A stretch of DNA of 63,420 bases, filler included, from Reclinomonas americana ATCC 50394 (lineage: Eukaryota), in the NCBI GenBank assembly GCA_048213135.1. It is 7 parts of 4 records of this genome, joined end to end, with 100 filler letters (N's around TTAATTAATTAA, not from the genome) between each part and the next. Parts side by side here need not be neighbours in the genome. Positions count along the whole stretch, not along the records: positions 56,428 to 61,528 come from PS015570.1; positions 61,629 to 63,420 come from PS015570.1; 5 more parts are not named here. The stretch is one strand, 5' to 3'. The stretch's first letter is position 1; each line of letters opens with the position of its first letter. Below the pieces are notes generated by a model, which did no database searches, was not told the origin of the DNA, and saw only the letters and a list, made by a program, of their open reading frames with translations. Shown here piece by piece: positions 58,637 to 63,420 of this stretch. Made by a program: the position numbers and the translations under genes.

Positions 58637-59753
58637 GCAGCGCGCTCAAGATCAATCGTCGTATTCGGGGACGGAGGGACATGACTTTAGCGTGTTTAAC
58701 TTTTCGTCGACGTGCAGTGTCAGCACGCAGCTCTATAGTACGCTTGCTCTCTAAAACAGGCGACGTTAGTCGGCCTGCAAAGCTTGGCTCTCAGCACGCT
58801 CGTCCTTGCTTTTGGGGTGGGCGTCTGCTGCGTTGCAAGTCCTGCTCCCNNNNNNNNNNNNNNNNNNNNNNNNNNNNNNNNNNNNNNNNNNNNNNNNNNN
58901 NNNNNNNNNNNNNNNNNNNNNNNNNNNNNNNNNNNNNNNNNNNNNNNNNNNNNNNNNNNNNNNNNNNNNNNNNNNNNNNNNNNNNNNNNNNNNNNNNNNN
59001 NNNNNNNNNNNNNNNNNNNNNNNNNNNNNNNNNNNNNNNNNNNNNNNNNNNNNNNNNNNNNNNNNNNNNNNNNNNNNNNNNNNNNNNNNNNNNNNNNNNN
59101 NNNNNNNNNNNNNNNNNNNNNNNNNNNNNNNNNNNNNNNNNNNNNNNNNNNNNNNNNNNNNNNNNNNNNNNNNNNNNNNNNNNNNNNNNNNNNNNNNNNN
59201 NNNNNNNNNNNNNNNNNNNNNNNNNNNNNNNNNNNNNNNNNNNNNNNNNNNNNNNNNNNNNNNNNNNNNNNNNNNNNNNNNNNNNNNNNNNNNNNNNNNN
59301 NNNNNNNNNNNNNNNNNNNNNNNNNNNNNNNNNNNNNNNNNNNNNNNNNNNNNNNNNNNNNNNNNNNNNNNNNNNNNNNNNNNNNNNNNNNNNNNNNNNN
59401 NNNNNNNNNNNNNNNNNNNNNNNNNNNNNNNNNNNNNNNNNNNNNNNNNNNNNNNNNNNNNNNNNNNNNNNNNNNNNNNNNNNNNNNNNNNNNNNNNNNN
59501 NNNNNNNNNNNNNNNNNNNNNNNNNNNNNNNNNNNNNNNNNNNNNNNNNNNNNNNNNNNNNNNNNNNNNNNNNNNNNNNNNNNNNNNNNNNNNNNNNNNN
59601 NNNNNNNNNNNNNNNNNNNNNNNNNNNNNNNNNNNNNNNNNNNNNNNNNNNNNNNNNNNNNNNNNNNNNNNNNNNNNNNNNNNNNNNNNNNNNNNNNNNN
59701 NNNNNNNNNNNNNNNNNNNNNNNNNNNNNNNNNNNNNNNNNNNNNNGAGCGTC

Positions 59754-61170
59754 TCACCCGCTATCGCACCCGTCACGGGAGAAGAACGGGACGTACTCGC
59801 CACGGTCAAAGAAGCGACTGCCGCTGTGGTAGATGAGTGCCGGCTGCAGGTACTTGCCGTCGGAGCCGCCGACAAACTGCAGGGCGTGGGGCGCGTGTGG
59901 CACACAACCGAGGTTGGGGCCCCAGTATGCACGGGAGTTGGCGTCGTTCGGCACGAGACACGGGTGGAACTGCAGGGCCGCCACTCGTCCCATGTGCAGC
60001 CGCTCGAAGCAGTGATCGCACTCGTTGCGCGAGTCGTTGCACTCGTTGCACTCGTCCGTGTACTCGAAGGCGTGTGTGCTGCGCTGACTCATCTCACGCA
60101 ACAGCATGTGATGCAACGCGGCCTGATCGCCCAGATGGCCAGTGAAAGCACCGGGTCGCCACACCACCTGCCCGTACCAGTTGCTGAGAAACTGCTCCGT
60201 CCACGCCGTCTTGCGGAAGCCGAGCACACCGGCGTTGATCCAGCCACCGTCTTGGAAAATGAGCGACGCATCCGGCAACTCGTCGAAGAAGTGCGCAATG
60301 GAGCGCGTGCATGCATGGCGCCGTCGGAAGAAGAGGTCCGAGTCAACATACAGCACTCGCTCATGCGGCTCCACATTCAACACCAGCGACGCCGCCACGC
60401 CTTTTTCGAAAAACAGTCGCGGTTTCTGCGATCGTTCGCCCGGCGGTGGCGTGTACACGTACACCTGTGCGTGGCGCGGCGATTTCAGCTGCAGATGAGG
60501 AGAGGGAGGAGGGGGCGACATAGGAGACCTCGCACGACCAAATCTCGCAGTACTCCAACCAGTTGCGAAACGCCTGCATGCAGTGCTCAGTTCAAGCCCC
60601 CCCTCGGCCAGCGACCACAACACCGCAACGCACCCACGTCACGGCCTTCTCTACCGGCCACTCAAAGTCCGTGAGCACCGTGACCAGCGGCACACCACTC
60701 GTCTTGACCGGTGCGTCCTCACGACTGCCCTCCAGCACCACACGCCACAGTCGACACAGAGGCGATCGACTTGCAGCATCGGGCCACATGCCCGGCGTCG
60801 GAGTCGCCGCCCACATGAGCGGTGGCGGTGGAATCGGTCGATGCCCATCGTGCACCGGCGTGCGCTCAATCACCGCTCGACACCGCCGATGCACGTGAAA
60901 CGAGTCCACCAGCAGCCCGGACTCGGCCAGCGCTCGACTCGCCGACGACGATCCTTCCTCTGCACGCATGCACATGCTGAGCAATGACACGCGTGCATAC
61001 ACAGCATGCCACACATACACACCAGCGATCGACACAATCAGCTCACGCGCAAACTGCACTCGGCCTCGGTGACTGCCACGTGTCCACCCGGCCCAGTACA
61101 CCCACACAGTCAGCACCGTCAACGCGATGAGCAGCAGCCACAGCCGCGTTCCAAACACCGGCGCACGCAT
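59754..61170 (-). CDS. Type II membrane glycosyltransferase, GT34-like, copy 2
   Basis: TM segment LWLLLIALTVLTVWVYW, LYVDSDLFF, WINAGVLGFRKTAWTEQFLSNW, GDQAAL. It shares CRLWR, VPLVT.LTDFEWPV, NWLEYC and AYWGP with copy 1. Confidence 0.78.
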
Positions 61171-61234
61171 CGACCCAAGACAGAGGGACAGTCACAGCGC
61201 GAGCTTCGTTGTCAGTCTTGAGTGCGTGTGTGTG

Positions 61235-61528
61235 ATGAGCCGAGCTCGCGGGCTTGGTGTGAGCGCCTTGAATGGCTCACCGGGCATGTACGCTGTTCCG
61301 GGGGCACCGGCTCCGGCGCGCTTCGACGGCTTTGATGACGAGGTCGATGACGACGACCGCTTCACCGAGGACGACATTGACGATGAGGACGCGGAGGAGC
61401 TGGAGGGCGACGATCTCTCCACAGAGGTGATCATCATGGGTCGACGTCGACGCGGCGACGCAACACCTGCTGCTGCTGGCGGTGGCGCTGTGGCGGGCGG
61501 GCAAGGCGGAGCCATGGCATCAGCGACT
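61235..61528 (+). CDS. 5' fragment of an unknown protein with an acidic N-terminus
   Basis: Open frame MSRARGLGVSALNGSPGMYAV..FDDEVDDDDRFTEDDIDDEDAEELEG running into the spacer, with coding-like codon usage. Confidence 0.5.
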
Positions 61529-61628
61529 NNNNNNNNNNNNNNNNNNNNNNNNNNNNNNNNNNNNNNNNNNNNTTAATTAATTAANNNNNNNNNNNNNNNN
61601 NNNNNNNNNNNNNNNNNNNNNNNNNNNN
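61529..61628. other. Artificial scaffold spacer
   Basis: TTAATTAATTAA at 61573-61584. Confidence 0.97.
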
Positions 61629-61740
61629 GGCCCGCATCCGATCCCTCGTCGCCATCGTACTCCCCATCTCCATAGTCCTCCTCAGATCCATCTCGTGGAC
61701 TGCGTCGTGGCGACGCACCACTGCCGTTGCGCTGCTTCAT
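61629..61740 (-). CDS. Possible exon fragment of an unknown gene
   Basis: MKQRNGSGASPRRSPRDGSEEDYGDGEYDGDEGSDAG runs into the spacer. It is preceded by an actgac branch-like motif and a cgcag acceptor. Confidence 0.35.
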
Positions 61741-62651
61741 CGGTGCCGAGCCTGCGTCGAGTCAGTGAGTCGACATGGAACGAACACACACTTACACGCG
61801 CGCGCGCCCTTGTACGCACCCCGAGTCTGCGAGTTTCCACTGTCCGACGAGCGACGGGCCGCCAGTGCAGCTGCTGAGACGCGCAAGCTGTTGAGCAGCG
61901 TCGACAATCAATCAACCAAGCAATGAAATCAACGTAACGCACCAGACTGTGCGGCGTTGCGCGGGGTGGTCTTGGCCGGGTTCACTGGCTTTGCGGGCTT
62001 GCCACTGGGTCGTGGCGGCGCCTCTGTGTGTGTGTATGCGATCATTCAGTCAATCAGCCCTGTCTGATGATTGCGTGTGCGATTGCACTCACCGTGTGAG
62101 AGTCCCCCGTAGGTCTCAATGGTGGATAGTGGCAGTCGGTTGGAGGAGGAGGCTGTGGACGACGATCGTGATGGTGGACCCGATGAGCCGTCCATGTGTC
62201 GTCGACGCAATCGATATTAAAAAGAGACACGAAGCAAGTCTGTGAGGAAAGAGAGAGAGAGACGCACACGCTGTGTGAGCAACAGCAGCAGCAGGCTCAG
62301 AGCGCGATGAGAGGGGCGGAGATCGAGTGTGGGGAGGCATGTCCCAAGTCGAGACGCGCGTGCCGGAAACGAACAACGCTCACTTGTCACACACACACAC
62401 TCTGTCTTCTCTCTTGTGATCGCTGTGCGCCTACACCAGTGCGGTGTGCGGGAGAGTGTGCGAGTGCAGCGCGGGGTGCGTGCTATAAGCTGCGTCTATT
62501 GGTGTGTGGTCAGAACACGAACCGCGATCTTCTGCGCGCGGACGATCGTCGTTGAAATGATTGCGATGACTCATGATGATTGATAATTNNNNNNNNNNNN
62601 NNNNNNNNGAAGGAATGGTGTGTGCTGACTGTGTGGTGTCTGTGTGTGTAG

Positions 62652-62918
62652 ATCCCGCTGCGACGGTCCTTTGCCTACTCGCGCATGTCACACAACACCA
62701 AGTCCGTGTCGCGTGCGTACGGTGGCACCCTGACCCCCGATCAGGTCCAGGAGCGCATCATCCGCGCTTTCCTGGTGGAGGAGCAACGTGAGGTCAAGCG
62801 CTTCCTGAAGTCTGGCAAGAAGGCCGCCGCAACGGCCGCGAAGAAGAAGAAGGCACCGGCTGCTGGTGGCAAGAAGGGTGGCAAGAGCGGCAAGAAGGCC
62901 GCAGCGGCGCGCAAGTAA
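62652..62918 (+). CDS. RPL34: 60S ribosomal protein L34 (eL34), last exon
   Basis: [33 protein letters not shown] is the eL34 signature, followed by a K/A-rich tail. Upstream exons are not visible and probably lie in the gap at 62589-62608. Confidence 0.92.
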   Translation: MPLRRSFAYSRMSHNTKSVSRAYGGTLTPDQVQERIIRAFLVEEQREVKRFLKSGKKAAATAAKKKKAPAAGGKKGGKSGKKAAAARK

Positions 62919-63420
62919 CTCTCATCTTCCTTGTTGACTCGCGAAAGCCGTGCACGAGTGGAGTCCCCAAGTTTGGACGCGTGAGGTGGTGGAGTGCAGG
63001 AGCAGGAGGCGGAGGTGGTGGTGACGGAGGAGGAGGAGGAGGAGATTTAGGAGCAGGAGAGTGGTGGTGGTGTTGGGAGAGGAGAGGTTGCTGTTGCTGC
63101 TGGTGCGTGGCGCCCCGTCGTTGTTGACAAATGACAGCGGCGGTGGTGATGGTGCTTCCAGTGGCAGTGACGAGTGCGGCGTGCGTGCTTTCTGTTTGGC
63201 AGCAGTCGTGGCTTTGGCGGTGTCGCGGAAATTCTTCCCACACCGCTGCTCTCTTTTTCCTTCCCCTCGTTGTACTGTGTCATTTCCCTGTCTCTCTCTC
63301 TCTCTCTTTTCTTTTCTCGGTTCCCCTCTTGTTTTTTCCTGTCTCTCTTGTTCTGTGCAACCACACGCACACAATCGTAAGGAAGCTCTCTGGCGCGTAA
63401 AACGCAAAAAAGTGGCTTAT

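Noticed and set aside
62060..62630. Possible C/D-box snoRNA upstream of the RPL34 exon (TGATGA at about 62065 and 62573)
   Set aside because: No convincing terminal stem or D box is present. The CTGA near 62625 is more likely the branch point, and a gap interrupts the region.
62922..63407. Minus-strand Pro/His/Thr-rich ORFs
   Set aside because: They are low-complexity with no recognisable domain or supported exon structure.
1..63420. tRNA, rRNA, transposase or reverse transcriptase genes; alternative genetic code
   Set aside because: None were recognised by eye. Conserved genes read with the standard code and end in TAA, TAG or TGA.

Overview
Eukaryotic (protist-like) genomic DNA that is intron-rich and GC-rich. 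Seven scaffold pieces are joined by 100-bp N44-TTAATTAATTAA-N44 artificial spacers, and there are many internal N gaps. Recognisable genes: two tandem WD40 genes, a TBC Rab-GAP, bacterial/mitochondrial-type TrpRS, a four-copy cluster of RING + TRAF-type zinc finger + coiled-coil genes, PFKFB, a large IQ-motif coiled-coil gene, Prp19, a CCDC191/Sfi1-repeat-like gene, a spliced HNH_2-type endonuclease gene, a long coiled-coil gene, an Atg22-like MFS transporter, two tandem GT34-like glycosyltransferases and the last exon of RPL34. The most notable observations are: (1) about ten introns use +1-shifted 5' splice sites (GTTGAGT/GTTGCGN); (2) long introns have a purine-rich 5' part and a complementary pyrimidine-rich 3' part, with a matching C-to-G synonymous codon gradient inside exons; (3) the TRAF-like E3 cluster carries different C-terminal domains (SPRY-like, TLDc, possibly WD40); (4) the HNH nuclease is only visible after splicing. 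All exon models were built by eye with no database searches.
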